Positions 18,979 through 29,095 of a DNA stretch of 64,000 bases are shown here, in pieces. The DNA is from Bacteroidales bacterium. GTDB taxonomy: Bacteria > Bacteroidota > Bacteroidia > Bacteroidales > WCHB1-69. Both the position numbers and the translations under genes were made by a program. The DNA is taken from positions 453 to 64,452 of the forward strand of contig JAEEIG010000037.1 in the NCBI GenBank assembly GCA_016281255.1, in the 5' to 3' direction. Position 1 is the first letter of the stretch. Every line of letters starts with the position of its first letter. The notes under the pieces were generated by a model that saw only the letters and a list, made by a program, of their open reading frames with translations, did no database searches and was not told the DNA's origin.

Positions 18979-21132
18979 TTAGCTGATTACGCTCCAGTTG
19001 GTCTCCTTTTGCACCTGTTTCTCCAATGTTTCCGCGAGACGTTTGTGCTCTGGCAAGGAGAGGTCCGGGTCTTTGTCCAACACTTGCTGTGCGTAGTTGC
19101 GGGTGTAGGCCACCAGCTTCTCGTCTTTGGTGAGGTCGGCGATTTTGAAGTCGAGCATGCCGCTTTGGCGCGTGCCTTGCAGGTCGCCGGGACCGCGCAG
19201 CTGCAGGTCGAAGTTGGCGATTTCGAAGCCGTCGTTGGTCTCCACCATGGCTTTCAGACGCTTGCGACCTTCGGTGGAGAGCTCGTATTTGGACATGAGG
19301 ATGCAGTACGATTGGTTGCCGCCCCGGCCCACGCGCCCGCGCAACTGGTGAAGCTGCGAGAGCCCGAACCGTTCGGCGTTTTCGATGACCATCACCGTGG
19401 CGTTCGGTACGTCGATGCCCACCTCGATCACGGTGGTGGAGAGCAGAATCTGGATCTGCCCCTTCTTGAAGCAGTTCATGGTGTAATCCTTCTCCTCGGC
19501 CTTCATCTTGCCGTGTACCACACCGATGCTGTATTCCGGTGGCGGGAAACTGCGCTCAATGGCCTCGTAGCCTGCTTGTAAGTCCAGCAAGTCCAGCGCT
19601 TCCGATTCCTGAATCAGGGGATAGACGATGAAAACTTGCCGTCCTTCCGCAATCTGCTGTTTCAGGAAACCGAACATTTTGAGGCGGTCTTTCTCGTAAT
19701 AGTGCTGCGTGACGATGGGCTTTCGTCCGGCGGGCAACTCGTCAATGACGGAGACATCCAGGTCGCCGTAGAGGGTCATGGCCAGCGTCCGCGGGATCGG
19801 CGTGGCGGTCATTACCAAGATGTGCGGCGGAATGACACCGCTCTTGCGCCACAACTTTGCCCGTTGCTCCACGCCGAAACGGTGTTGCTCGTCAATAATC
19901 ACAATTCCTAATTTGTTGAAGACCACGTTGTCTTCGATGAGCGCATGGGTGCCGATGAGGATGTTGACCTGCCCGTTCTGCAAGTCTGCGAGCAGCTCTT
20001 TGCGTTTGGCTGTCTTGGTGGAGCCTGAGAGGAATTCGACACGCAATCCCAAGGGCTCCAGTTGTTTGCTGATTTTTTCGTAATGTTGCGTGGCAAGGAT
20101 TTCCGTGGGCGCCATCATGCAGGCTTGGTAACCGTTGTCGATGGCTAACAGCATACTGAAGAGCGCGATGATGGTCTTTCCGCTGCCCACGTCGCCTTGC
20201 AGCAGACGGTTCATTTGACGGCCGCTGCCCACGTCGCCGCGAATCTCCCTGAGCACCCGTTTCTGTGCGTTGGTCAGGTCGAACGGCAGGCATTCTTTAT
20301 AGAATGTGTTGAAGTGGTCTCCTACTTGCGAGAAGACAAATCCCTTGAAGCGGTTGGTGTTTATCAGTTTGAGCTTCAGTAATCTGAGTTGCGTGAAGAA
20401 GAGCTCGTCGAATTTCAGCCGCAACGTGGCTTGTGACAGTTTCTGGTTGTCTTCGGGGTAATGGATGTTGACCAGTGCGTCGCGCAGGGTCATCAGGTGC
20501 AGCTCCTCCACCATTTCGCGGGGCATCGTTTCTGGGATGATGTCCTTGACCTGTGCCAGCAGGTTGGCTGTCAGTTTGGATATCGCCTTGGAGTCCAGCG
20601 ATTTCTTCTTGGCGGTTTCGGAGGTGTTGTAGAGCGGTTGGAATCGCAGCGAGACGGGGGAGTTCTGCTGTTGGGCGGGGTCAATGAGTTCAGGATGGGT
20701 GATGTTCCATCTGTTGTTGAAGAGGGTCGGTTTGCCGAAAATCACGAACTCCTTGCGCGATTTCAGCACGTCCTGCACCCAGCGGATGCCGTTGAACCAG
20801 ACTAATTCGACGGAGCCGGTCTCGTCGGTGAATTGCGCGGTGAGCCGTTGCGCGCGCATTTGCCCCACAATGCGGATGTTGCCGATGGTGCCGCGCAAGA
20901 GGATGTAACCGCCGTCGTTCACGATGTCGCGGACGTGATACACGTGCGATTTGTCAATGTGGCGGTATGGGAAATAGTAGAGCAGGTCGTTGAAAGTCTG
21001 GATGTTGAACTCCTTTCGGAGCACAGCGCCCCGCTTTTCGCCAACTCCTTTCAGGAATTCTATAGGGGTCTGCAACAGGTCGGATTGTAACATGTTCACA
21101 GAGATTCCAGACAATGCAGAATAATCCGGCAC
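18979..21132 (-). CDS. recG: ATP-dependent DNA helicase RecG
   Basis: 717 aa with Walker A GDVGSGKT, DEQHRFG and QLHQLRGRVGRG. An alternative start (MLQSDLL, 21093) would avoid the overlap with the upstream gene. Confidence 0.95.
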   Translation of the reverse strand: MPDYSALSGISVNMLQSDLLQTPIEFLKGVGEKRGAVLRKEFNIQTFNDLLYYFPYRHIDKSHVYHVRDIVNDGGYILLRGTIGNIRIVGQMRAQRLTAQFTDETGSVELVWFNGIRWVQDVLKSRKEFVIFGKPTLFNNRWNITHPELIDPAQQQNSPVSLRFQPLYNTSETAKKKSLDSKAISKLTANLLAQVKDIIPETMPREMVEELHLMTLRDALVNIHYPEDNQKLSQATLRLKFDELFFTQLRLLKLKLINTNRFKGFVFSQVGDHFNTFYKECLPFDLTNAQKRVLREIRGDVGSGRQMNRLLQGDVGSGKTIIALFSMLLAIDNGYQACMMAPTEILATQHYEKISKQLEPLGLRVEFLSGSTKTAKRKELLADLQNGQVNILIGTHALIEDNVVFNKLGIVIIDEQHRFGVEQRAKLWRKSGVIPPHILVMTATPIPRTLAMTLYGDLDVSVIDELPAGRKPIVTQHYYEKDRLKMFGFLKQQIAEGRQVFIVYPLIQESEALDLLDLQAGYEAIERSFPPPEYSIGVVHGKMKAEEKDYTMNCFKKGQIQILLSTTVIEVGIDVPNATVMVIENAERFGLSQLHQLRGRVGRGGNQSYCILMSKYELSTEGRKRLKAMVETNDGFEIANFDLQLRGPGDLQGTRQSGMLDFKIADLTKDEKLVAYTRNYAQQVLDKDPDLSLPEHKRLAETLEKQVQKETNWSVIS

Positions 21133-22298
21133 GAATCATCAATCTCGTCATTCGAGATGGTCAGCGGAGGGGAGATGCGGAAGGCGGTGTCGCAGAAGAG
21201 GAACCAGTCGCTCATGATGCAGTTTTCTTTGAAGAGTTCCATCATCTTGAAGAGTTTTTCGGAAGAACCGAGTTCCACGGCCATCAGCAGACCGCTGCGG
21301 CGGATCTCCTGCACGTGCGGGGCGTTTTTCAAAGCTTCTTCGTAGCGTTTTCCCTTCTCTTCGACACTGTCAACCAGATGGTTGACAAGGTTATAGTTCA
21401 GAGCGGCCAAACCGGCGGCGCAGCACACGGGATGCCCGCCGAAGGTGGTGATATGTCCCAAGACGGGATTGCGCTGCAGGGTGTCCATAATCTCTTTTGA
21501 GGAGATGAAGGCGCCGAGCGGCATGCCGCCGCCGAAGGCCTTTGCCAGACATACGATATCGGGGGTCACGCCGTATTTCTGCATGGCGAACATGGCACCG
21601 GTGCGCCCCATACCCGTCTGTATCTCATCGAAAACCAGCATCGTGCCGGTTTCATGGCAACGTTCGCGGAGGGCTTGCAGGTAGCCGTCTTTCGGGGGGA
21701 TAACCCCTGCTTCGCCCTGTACGGGCTCCACCAGCACGCAGGCGGTCTCCTCGTCAATGCGGCCGAGGTCGTCGAAGTTGTTGAACCAGAGGTACTCCAC
21801 TTCGGGCAGCAACGGCTGGAAAGGCGCTTTCCAAGTGTCGCCCTCCGGGGAGGCCATCATGCTGAGCGAACCGTGGTTGGAACCGTGGTAGGCGCAGTGC
21901 ATCGACATCATCTTGTGGCGTCCGGTGTATCGTTTCGCCAGCTTCAGCGCCCCTTCGACCGCTTCGCTGCCGGAGTTGACAAAATAGACGCTGTCTAACG
22001 GATCGGGCAGCAGTTCGGCGATTTGGCGGGCGTATTGCACTTGCGGGTGCTCCACTAATTCGCCATAGACCATAACGTGCATGTAATCAGCGGCTTGTCT
22101 CTGCACGGCTGAAATCACGGCAGGGTTCGCGTGACCGACATTGTTGACCGAGACGCCTGAGACCAAATCGTAGTAGCGTTTCCCTTCAGGGGTATAAAAA
22201 AAGACACCCTCCGCCTGCGCTACTTCCAGAAGCAGCGGCTCGGGGGAGGTTTGTCCTATATGTGCCAAAAATTGTTGACGCAGAGTTTTCATCTCCAT
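21096..22298 (-). CDS. class III PLP aminotransferase (acetylornithine/ornithine aminotransferase-like)
   Basis: Motifs LVFDEIQTGMGRTG and CLAKAFGGG. The -7 box at 22311-22318 excludes the track start at 22313. The start is placed at 22298 or 22292. Confidence 0.85.
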   Translation of the reverse strand: MEMKTLRQQFLAHIGQTSPEPLLLEVAQAEGVFFYTPEGKRYYDLVSGVSVNNVGHANPAVISAVQRQAADYMHVMVYGELVEHPQVQYARQIAELLPDPLDSVYFVNSGSEAVEGALKLAKRYTGRHKMMSMHCAYHGSNHGSLSMMASPEGDTWKAPFQPLLPEVEYLWFNNFDDLGRIDEETACVLVEPVQGEAGVIPPKDGYLQALRERCHETGTMLVFDEIQTGMGRTGAMFAMQKYGVTPDIVCLAKAFGGGMPLGAFISSKEIMDTLQRNPVLGHITTFGGHPVCCAAGLAALNYNLVNHLVDSVEEKGKRYEEALKNAPHVQEIRRSGLLMAVELGSSEKLFKMMELFKENCIMSDWFLFCDTAFRISPPLTISNDEIDDSCRIILHCLESL

Positions 22299-22310
22299 TT
22301 CTTTTTGGCG

Positions 22311-22318
22311 CAAAGATA
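22311..22318 (-). promoter_or_regulatory. putative -7 box for the aminotransferase-recG operon
   Basis: TATCTTTG on the minus strand, 12 nt upstream of the ATG at 22298. Confidence 0.45.
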
Positions 22319-22328
22319 CGATTTTTAT

Positions 22329-22877
22329 TTATGCAAAGGGGGTCTCCATAAACAGTTCCATTCCGCGCTCCGTCAGTGCGGGATAAAGGATGAATCTGAA
22401 CACTTCAGGTTTGTTGTAATGCTCTGTGTCAATCAGGAACATGTTGTTCAACAGAAAGGTGATATAGGCTTTTATGTTCAGATTCTCTTGGATATGAAAA
22501 CATTTCTTCCCTTTCTCCAGTATGGATTGCAATGCGGTGAAGAAAAAGGAGTCAGGATCCAGGTATTTGCGTTGGTCGCGTGTGTATTCGTAATAAAAAG
22601 GATTCTCAAACCTGATTTTGTAAAAATTGTACACGATCATGGTCAGCTCTTCTACGCTGTGGTTGCAATTTTTCATAATGGAAGTCCACTTTTCGGCGCA
22701 AAGATTCTGCCAATAATTCCAGGCGATTTCTATCGAATTCGCCTTGGTCCCGTATCGGTTGAAAAAAGTCTTATGGCAAATCTCCAGCTTTTCCACAATT
22801 GCATCTGTTGAGTGATGGAAACCGTTTTCTGAATAATAGTTATAGATGTCACGCTTTTTTTTCTCGCTTAAAGCCAT
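22329..22877 (-). CDS. putative TetR-family transcriptional regulator
   Basis: 182 aa. N-terminal HTH-like segment TDAIVEKLEICHKTFFNRYGTK followed by an all-helical remainder. This is a weak call. Confidence 0.45.
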   Translation of the reverse strand: MALSEKKKRDIYNYYSENGFHHSTDAIVEKLEICHKTFFNRYGTKANSIEIAWNYWQNLCAEKWTSIMKNCNHSVEELTMIVYNFYKIRFENPFYYEYTRDQRKYLDPDSFFFTALQSILEKGKKCFHIQENLNIKAYITFLLNNMFLIDTEHYNKPEVFRFILYPALTERGMELFMETPFA

Positions 22878-22930
22878 TGTGGTTGTTTTTGATGAGAAAT
22901 AATGTTAAAATCCGTATATGTTTGTTAATT

Positions 22931-23875
22931 CTAATCCAAGTGTTCAATGATCGATTTTTCGGTGAGATGACGCAGGTCCGCTGTCTTCACCACATCGCCG
23001 TTCTGAATGTACAGATAGGTGGGGAAATGCCCGTTGGCGACCCGAATGGCCTGCATGCCGGAGATGAAAACGTAGTTGAAAGACTCCGTTTTCGTCTCTT
23101 TTTGGTAACCGGGCAGTGCCGTGGTGTCGCCCCAGACGAAATAGACGATACGGCTGGTGTCCAGTTGGTTGTGTGCAACAATCTCAGACACTTTCAAACA
23201 GCTGGTCTTGCAGTAGGGACACCCGGTGGAGACGATTCCCACGAGGTAGTTTCCGTTGTCCAGATTCACCTCCTGCATGGTGGAGTCTGCCATGAGTGCA
23301 TTGTAGGAGGTTTCGTTGAAGTCAAGCTCGTTTTTGGAGAAGAGCGTGTAAACGTCGTCGATGGGGAAGAGGGCGAAAGGCAGCGCGATGGCGGCGATGC
23401 AGACGCCCGCAAGAGCGAGTGTCTTGCCCCGGAACTGGTAGTCGTCTTCCTTGCGGACGAACATCATTAACGCAATGATTACGATATTCTTGATGAGTGA
23501 TGCCACGGGATGGAGTTTGACAATCTCCCCCATGCAGTGGCAGTTGTCGTCGTGGCGGAAGAAGATGACGTATAGGAGCAGTAGCGAAAACCCGATGAGC
23601 ATCAGCAGGGTGAGCCACCAGACGGGTCTGTATTTCACTTTGATGATCAGTAAGGCACCGACAAGGAGCTCGCATGCGATGACCACGCGCGCCACCACTC
23701 CGCACAGGGTAAGGCTCATGAGATTGAAACTGTAGATGTAGAGCTCAAATTGGTCTAAAGAAAGAAGTTTGAAAATCGCGGAGACGATGAAAAGCGCGCC
23801 AATACCGATGCGGGTAATGAGCTTTAAAATCTGTGTTGGCGTATGTTTTCTCTCTTTCATCATTTGTTGGTGCAT
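22931..23875 (-). CDS. MauE/DoxX-like membrane domain fused to a thioredoxin-like (CPYC) domain
   Basis: 314 aa. Four or five N-terminal TM helices. The C-terminal domain carries GIVSTGCPYCKTS, a CxxC motif. Confidence 0.55.
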   Translation of the reverse strand: MHQQMMKERKHTPTQILKLITRIGIGALFIVSAIFKLLSLDQFELYIYSFNLMSLTLCGVVARVVIACELLVGALLIIKVKYRPVWWLTLLMLIGFSLLLLYVIFFRHDDNCHCMGEIVKLHPVASLIKNIVIIALMMFVRKEDDYQFRGKTLALAGVCIAAIALPFALFPIDDVYTLFSKNELDFNETSYNALMADSTMQEVNLDNGNYLVGIVSTGCPYCKTSCLKVSEIVAHNQLDTSRIVYFVWGDTTALPGYQKETKTESFNYVFISGMQAIRVANGHFPTYLYIQNGDVVKTADLRHLTEKSIIEHLD

Positions 23876-23889
23876 CTAAAAAAAACGTG

Positions 23890-23897
23890 CAAAAATA
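23890..23897 (-). promoter_or_regulatory. putative -7 box for the MauE-like/TetR genes
   Basis: TATTTTTG on the minus strand, 14 nt upstream of the ATG at 23875. Confidence 0.4.
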
Positions 23898-23970
23898 CAT
23901 TTTTTTATTTTGCATCCGTAAAAATGGCAAAAAAAGTATACAAAATACAATAGATACGTAACCAGTGTAT

Positions 23971-25710
23971 TTATTGGCGTTGAATTCCTTTCGGAATTGC
24001 ACTGATTAGTTTTTGAGTGTATTCTGTTTTGGGATTTTTGCAAAGCGTGTCGGCTTCGCCGGTCTCCACAATGACCCCTTGCTGCATCACCGCGATGCGG
24101 TCGGCCATAAACTTCACCACCGACAAATCGTGGGAGATGAAGATATAGGTGAAATGGTATTCGGCTTTCAATTCGTTGAGCAGGTTCAGCACTTGTGCCT
24201 GTACGGAGACATCGAGGGCCGACACCGACTCGTCGCAGATGATGAACTTCGGGTTGACGGCCAGGGCGCGCGCGATGGAGATGCGCTGTCGCTGTCCGCC
24301 GGAGAACTCATGCGGATACCTGTAGAAGTGGGATTCGTTGAGGCTGACGCGCTCCAGGAGTTCGATGACACGTTTTTTCCGCTCTTTGTCGTTGGAGAGA
24401 ATGCCGTGCACGCGCATCGGCTCCATCAGGGCTTCGCCGATGGTGAGCCTTTGATTGAGGGAAGAGTAGGGGTCTTGCAGGATGATTTGCATCTCTTTTC
24501 GCATCTTCCGCATCTCTGAACCGGGCATCTGAACGAGATTTTTCCCGCGATAGATAACGTCGCCGGAGGTGGGCTCGATCAGCCGCAGCATGGAGCGCCC
24601 GAGGGTGGTTTTCCCGCAGCCGGATTCGCCGACCAGCCCTAAGGTCTCCCCTTCGTAGATGTCGAGGCTGATATCGTGCAGGGCGTGGAAATAATGCTGT
24701 CTCTCGAAGAGCTTGCGTTTCCTCACCTTGTAGATTTTGTTCAGATTCTTGACTCTGACGATTCTGTCTCCGGCATAGAGTGCCTTGTGCGCCGCTTCCC
24801 GTTCCTTCGGGGTGACGGTCAGCTTTTGGAAGACCTGCTGCATGTCGATATCGGTGTTGCCGTCGAAATCGGAGACTTGCGGGAGTTTGCTGAGCCGGGT
24901 GGTCATGGAGGGACGGCAGGCGATAAGTTGTTTCGTGTAAGCGTTTTTGGGGTTCAGAAAGATGTTCCGGACGCTGTTTTCCTCCACGATGTTCCCTTTG
25001 TACATCACGATGGCGCGGTCGGCTATCTCGGCCACCACGCCGAGGTCGTGGGTGATGAAGAGCACCCCCATGCCGTGTTTCTCCTGCAGACTGCGGATGA
25101 GTTCGAGAATGTTCTTTTGGATGGTGACGTCCAAAGCGGTGGTCGGCTCGTCCGCGATGAGCAGACGAGGGTTGCAACTCATCGCCATCGCAATCATGAT
25201 GCGCTGTTTCTGTCCTCCGGAAAGCTCGTGCGGATAGGAGTCGAAGAGTTGCGCGGGACGTGGCAGTTTCACCTCGTCGAACAGATGGAGCACCTGCTCT
25301 TTGGCCTCTTTTTCGGAGACTTTCGTGTGCAGGAGAATCTGTTCGGTGATTTGCTCGCCGCAACGGATGACGGGGTTGAGGGAGGTCATCGGTTCCTGGA
25401 AAATCATGCCGATTTGGTTCCCCCGAAGCGTCTGCATGACGGATTCCGGGGCTTTCAGGAGATCAAGGGGTTGTTCCTCCTCTCTCTGCGGATGGAAAAG
25501 GATGCGGCCGGAAGGGTAGCGGGCGATGTTGGGGTTTAGCAGTCGCATGATGGAGAGTGCTGTGACAGACTTCCCCGATCCTGATTCCCCCACTATCCCT
25601 AATGATTCTCCCTCATATAGGGAGAATTGGATGTGGTTTAAAATAGGATTCCATAGAGTGTCGCGACGAAGTTCGAGCGACAAATCATCTATGTTCAAGA
25701 GAGGACGCAT
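23971..25710 (-). CDS. ABC transporter ATP-binding protein with duplicated ATPase domains (oligopeptide DppD/F-type)
   Basis: 579 aa. Two Walker A motifs ([16 protein letters not shown]) and two signatures ([16 protein letters not shown]). No permease gene is adjacent. Confidence 0.9.
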   Translation of the reverse strand: MRPLLNIDDLSLELRRDTLWNPILNHIQFSLYEGESLGIVGESGSGKSVTALSIMRLLNPNIARYPSGRILFHPQREEEQPLDLLKAPESVMQTLRGNQIGMIFQEPMTSLNPVIRCGEQITEQILLHTKVSEKEAKEQVLHLFDEVKLPRPAQLFDSYPHELSGGQKQRIMIAMAMSCNPRLLIADEPTTALDVTIQKNILELIRSLQEKHGMGVLFITHDLGVVAEIADRAIVMYKGNIVEENSVRNIFLNPKNAYTKQLIACRPSMTTRLSKLPQVSDFDGNTDIDMQQVFQKLTVTPKEREAAHKALYAGDRIVRVKNLNKIYKVRKRKLFERQHYFHALHDISLDIYEGETLGLVGESGCGKTTLGRSMLRLIEPTSGDVIYRGKNLVQMPGSEMRKMRKEMQIILQDPYSSLNQRLTIGEALMEPMRVHGILSNDKERKKRVIELLERVSLNESHFYRYPHEFSGGQRQRISIARALAVNPKFIICDESVSALDVSVQAQVLNLLNELKAEYHFTYIFISHDLSVVKFMADRIAVMQQGVIVETGEADTLCKNPKTEYTQKLISAIPKGIQRQ

Positions 25711-25740
25711 TGCGGTTGTCCTTGTCTGCGTCAGAAAAGA

Positions 25741-26127
25741 TTATTTCTTCTTCTCTTGTAATTTGGTATCGATGTCCAATGTGGCGTGAGGCACGATTCT
25801 CAGGCGTTCCTTGGGAATCAGTTTGCCCGTGATACGGTCCACCCCGTAAGTCTTGTTCTCAATACGTACCAATGCGGCTTCCAGGTTGGAGATGTATTTC
25901 ACCAGTCGAGCCATCAGACGACCGTTCTCTTCTTTGGAAAGCACTTGGTTGCCCTCTTCAAGGTTCTTGAATGTCGGGGCCGTGTCTTTTGTGTCATTAC
26001 CGACACCGCTGTAGGCCTCTTGATAGACTTCGAGGTTTTTTCTGGCCTCTTCGATTTTTTTCTCGATCAAGGCTTTGAACTCTTCCAAATCTTCATCGGA
26101 ATAACGGTTCACAACGACTTCGCTCAT
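25741..26127 (-). CDS. DksA/TraR-family regulator, cysteine-free variant
   Basis: 128 aa. A coiled-coil N-terminal part is followed by YGVDRITGKLIPKERLRIVPHATL. There is no Cys anywhere in the protein. Confidence 0.7.
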   Translation of the reverse strand: MSEVVVNRYSDEDLEEFKALIEKKIEEARKNLEVYQEAYSGVGNDTKDTAPTFKNLEEGNQVLSKEENGRLMARLVKYISNLEAALVRIENKTYGVDRITGKLIPKERLRIVPHATLDIDTKLQEKKK

Positions 26128-26167
26128 AATTCTTTCTTTGATTTATAAATGATGATAAATGACGGCG

Positions 26168-26175
26168 CAAAGATA
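26168..26175 (-). promoter_or_regulatory. putative -7 box for the dksA-like gene
   Basis: TATCTTTG on the minus strand, 40 nt upstream of the ATG at 26127. Confidence 0.45.
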
Positions 26176-26223
26176 CATTTTTTTACATAATGTCGGATTC
26201 GATTGGTGATTTTTCAGAGAATG

Positions 26224-27522
26224 TCAATAAGAGACCAGTTTTTTGATGGCTTTTTTACCGTTTTTGTCCTGAAAAACCAGAAGATAAGCCCCTTTGCCAT
26301 AGGGAAATGGATAGGATAAACGGTTGGTGCCTTCCTCCAGTTTTTCCTGATAGCGGGCAAGGAGCCGTCCGTCTATGGAATAAAGACTGATCATGCAATT
26401 ATCATTGAAGTCGCTTTGCCATTCAATCTGCAGCTTTTCCCGAACGGGGTTGACGACATTGACAAAAAAGCCGGTGGTGCGCTCGGCCAGGCCCACGTGT
26501 GCATCAATGGCCAAGTCCATCACTACCGGCAAATGGTCGGACTGCATGAAGAGGGCGTTGGCCACGTTGTCGGGCACCGAATTGTTGATAGGGGAGAGTA
26601 CAGAACCGTTGAACCGCATGCCGTCTTGACCTACCACGTGATAAGAGCCTTCCACAACATGCACCCGGTCGCTGCCATAGTAGATATAGGGCGATACCAG
26701 GATGATGTCGAAACGGTCGTCCAGTCCGCCGTCCGAGAAACAATCCACCGACTGATTGCGTGTGGATTGGGTGTGCAGAGCGGCGAATTGCGGGTTGTTG
26801 TGCCAATCGCCGGGACTGTTCACAGGGTCGTAAAAGCGGTAAAGACTGTTGGAATACTCCGTAAGTTCTTTGTATGCGGGCTCTTCGCTGTAATAGATGT
26901 TAAAGTCGCCCGAGAAGGTGTGGTTTCCCGGCATCCCTGAATTGGAGATGCGGTTCATCAATTTCTGGACCTGGGCCAGACGGTAGTTTTCGTTGGCGTT
27001 GCCGGAGCCCGCTTTCAAGTGTCCGATCCAAAAGGTCATGAAGATGGTGTCTCCCGAAGCCAGGTTGTCGGCATTGTAGTAGAAAGTGTATCCGTTAATA
27101 TCTCTGTATGAAGTGGTTATGTTGGTTGATTTGTACAAGGTCAGCTTGCGCGAGTCGTAGTAGATCATGTTGGCGATGGTTCCGCCCGACTGGCTGGTGA
27201 GCGGACCGCGACGGTAGTAGTCGATGCCGTCGGTGTTGATGGCGTTGTTGAGCAAACGGTCGGCATATTGGTTCTGGGCGCCCATCTCGCACACGCCCAT
27301 CACGGTGGGTTGCACGTGCTGGAAGATAGTCTTGATGTGGATATCCTTGTTGTCCAGGTTGTTCGTGACGCTGTTGCAGCCCGAAACCCCGGAGTTGTTG
27401 GTGTAGTACATCAGGTTGTACTGCATCATGCGAATCGTGTCCGGTCCCTGCGCAAAAGCGTTCCCTGCCGCTATGAGTAGCAGCAACACTGATATACTGA
27501 TGCGTTTTGATGACCGATGCAT
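26224..27522 (-). CDS. endonuclease/exonuclease/phosphatase-family protein with a T9SS C-terminal sorting domain
   Basis: 432 aa with signal peptide MHRSSKRISISVLLLLIAAGNAFAQ and an SDHLPVV motif. CTD-like tail: SLYSIDGRLL...GAYLLVFQDKNGKKAIKKLVSY. Confidence 0.7.
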   Translation of the reverse strand: MHRSSKRISISVLLLLIAAGNAFAQGPDTIRMMQYNLMYYTNNSGVSGCNSVTNNLDNKDIHIKTIFQHVQPTVMGVCEMGAQNQYADRLLNNAINTDGIDYYRRGPLTSQSGGTIANMIYYDSRKLTLYKSTNITTSYRDINGYTFYYNADNLASGDTIFMTFWIGHLKAGSGNANENYRLAQVQKLMNRISNSGMPGNHTFSGDFNIYYSEEPAYKELTEYSNSLYRFYDPVNSPGDWHNNPQFAALHTQSTRNQSVDCFSDGGLDDRFDIILVSPYIYYGSDRVHVVEGSYHVVGQDGMRFNGSVLSPINNSVPDNVANALFMQSDHLPVVMDLAIDAHVGLAERTTGFFVNVVNPVREKLQIEWQSDFNDNCMISLYSIDGRLLARYQEKLEEGTNRLSYPFPYGKGAYLLVFQDKNGKKAIKKLVSY

Positions 27523-27586
27523 ATCCTGTGGATTGTTGGGTTGTTTTGGGTGGTTATGCGATACGTTGGACGTATGCGATACGTCC

Positions 27587-27994
27587 CTACCGTTTGTGTT
27601 TTTGGTAATATTTGACGCCCGCTTTCACGTTGGCTATCACCGCGTTGGAGGAGTAGGTGGCGCCAGACACGGCATCCACTTCGGCGGTGGCGGCTTGCTT
27701 GACGGTCATGCCGTTCCACTTGTTCAGCAGGTTCTCTTGTACTCTGGCGAAAAATCCGGGGGTCTCTTCGTTGGGCAGGGCCTCGATTTTCTGGATTTTG
27801 TCGTCTTTGATGTAGATTTTCAACGGGGTGGTGCCGTTATAGCCGATGACATCCTGGGTCAAGGTGGTGGTGTTCACGATGTAAACACCCTTCTCTTTGG
27901 TCATCACTTTGTCTCCCGTGGTGGCGCAGATGAAAACGATGCCGATGAGAACAGCGATTGCGCATCCAATGGAAATTATGATTCCTTTTTTCAT
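27587..27994 (-). CDS. FMN-binding domain protein (membrane anchored)
   Basis: 135 aa with an N-terminal TM helix. AVSGATYSSNAV is an FMN_bind motif. Confidence 0.6.
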   Translation of the reverse strand: MKKGIIISIGCAIAVLIGIVFICATTGDKVMTKEKGVYIVNTTTLTQDVIGYNGTTPLKIYIKDDKIQKIEALPNEETPGFFARVQENLLNKWNGMTVKQAATAEVDAVSGATYSSNAVIANVKAGVKYYQKHKR

Positions 27995-28063
27995 TTGATT
28001 TGTTGTTAATTATCTGTTTTTGAATTGATTACGATAACTATGCCTCGTTTTTTTCAAGTGGTG

Positions 28064-28071
28064 CAAACATA
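28064..28071 (-). promoter_or_regulatory. putative -7 box for the FMN-binding protein gene
   Basis: TATGTTTG on the minus strand, 69 nt upstream of the ATG at 27994. Confidence 0.35.
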
Positions 28072-28114
28072 CATAAAATACGAATATCTCAGGCGGACGA
28101 CTGTCCCCCTGTCT

Positions 28115-29095
28115 CTATAACACCATCAGATTGCAGCCGCGCAGTTGCGAATGGTCGAGACGACCTAACACTTCGAACCCTTGCGGGTGGCGGCGGCCCA
28201 GGTCCTCCGTGGCGATGAAACTGCAGCTGTAGAGATTGGCCAAATCGATGACGTTGATGACACCGGTGTTGACGGAGTCGCTGGTGTCTAACGGGTCCTT
28301 CTCGTTGCGTAGCGAGAGCCGCATCCAGGGTGGGGTGGTGAAGAGGTTTCCGCTTTTGCTGTAGGCTTGCGACAGCAGTTCGCACATGCCATATTCCGAG
28401 TGGATGTCGGGTACGCCGAAAGCCTTTTCCAGAATGCCGTACAGTTCCTCCTTCACCATCTCTTTGCGACGGCCTTTCATTCCGCCGGTCTCGAACACGA
28501 TCAGCTCCGGGAAATCCAGCTGGTAGTGCTCGGCGAAGTCCAGCAAGGCGAAAGTGACACCCCAGAGGATGGTCTTCTTATGATTGTCCCGCAATTGTGT
28601 CAGTTTCCGATATAGGTCTTCGTGATTGTAAAGGTAATAGCCGTTGTCATCAGCTCCGGATTTGTGCATCAGCGTTTCCATCATGTAGATCAGCGAGGAG
28701 TGCTGCTGCTCCAAGTAGTTGGGCAGCAGGGCTAAAAAGACGTAGTCGGAGGGTTTGCCGTAGAAATGGCGGAAACTTTCGAGCAGACTGCGGCGGTAGA
28801 GCAGCTCGTTTTTGATGAGATGCACGGAGTGCTGCATTCCTGTGGTGCCGCTGCTTTGGAAGGTCAGTTCCGGGATGAATTCCGTGGTCTTCACCTCATG
28901 CGTTTTGAAGAAGGAGATGGGCAGAAAAGGGATCTGCGTCAGTGCGCAAACGCTCTCTTTGTCAATGCCAAAACATTGGCAATAAGTGCGATATACGGGA
29001 TTGTTCTTGTATTGGAATCGGAAAACCCGCAGCGCTGTCGCTTCAAAATCCGCCTGTGACTGCAGATGGAAAATATGGTTGCTCAGGGTTTCCAT
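28115..29095 (-). CDS. acyl-protein synthetase / LuxE-like acyltransferase family protein
   Basis: 326 aa with SSGTTG (adenylate-forming motif) and ETGGMKGRR. This is a family-level guess only. Confidence 0.55.
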   Translation of the reverse strand: METLSNHIFHLQSQADFEATALRVFRFQYKNNPVYRTYCQCFGIDKESVCALTQIPFLPISFFKTHEVKTTEFIPELTFQSSGTTGMQHSVHLIKNELLYRRSLLESFRHFYGKPSDYVFLALLPNYLEQQHSSLIYMMETLMHKSGADDNGYYLYNHEDLYRKLTQLRDNHKKTILWGVTFALLDFAEHYQLDFPELIVFETGGMKGRRKEMVKEELYGILEKAFGVPDIHSEYGMCELLSQAYSKSGNLFTTPPWMRLSLRNEKDPLDTSDSVNTGVINVIDLANLYSCSFIATEDLGRRHPQGFEVLGRLDHSQLRGCNLMVL

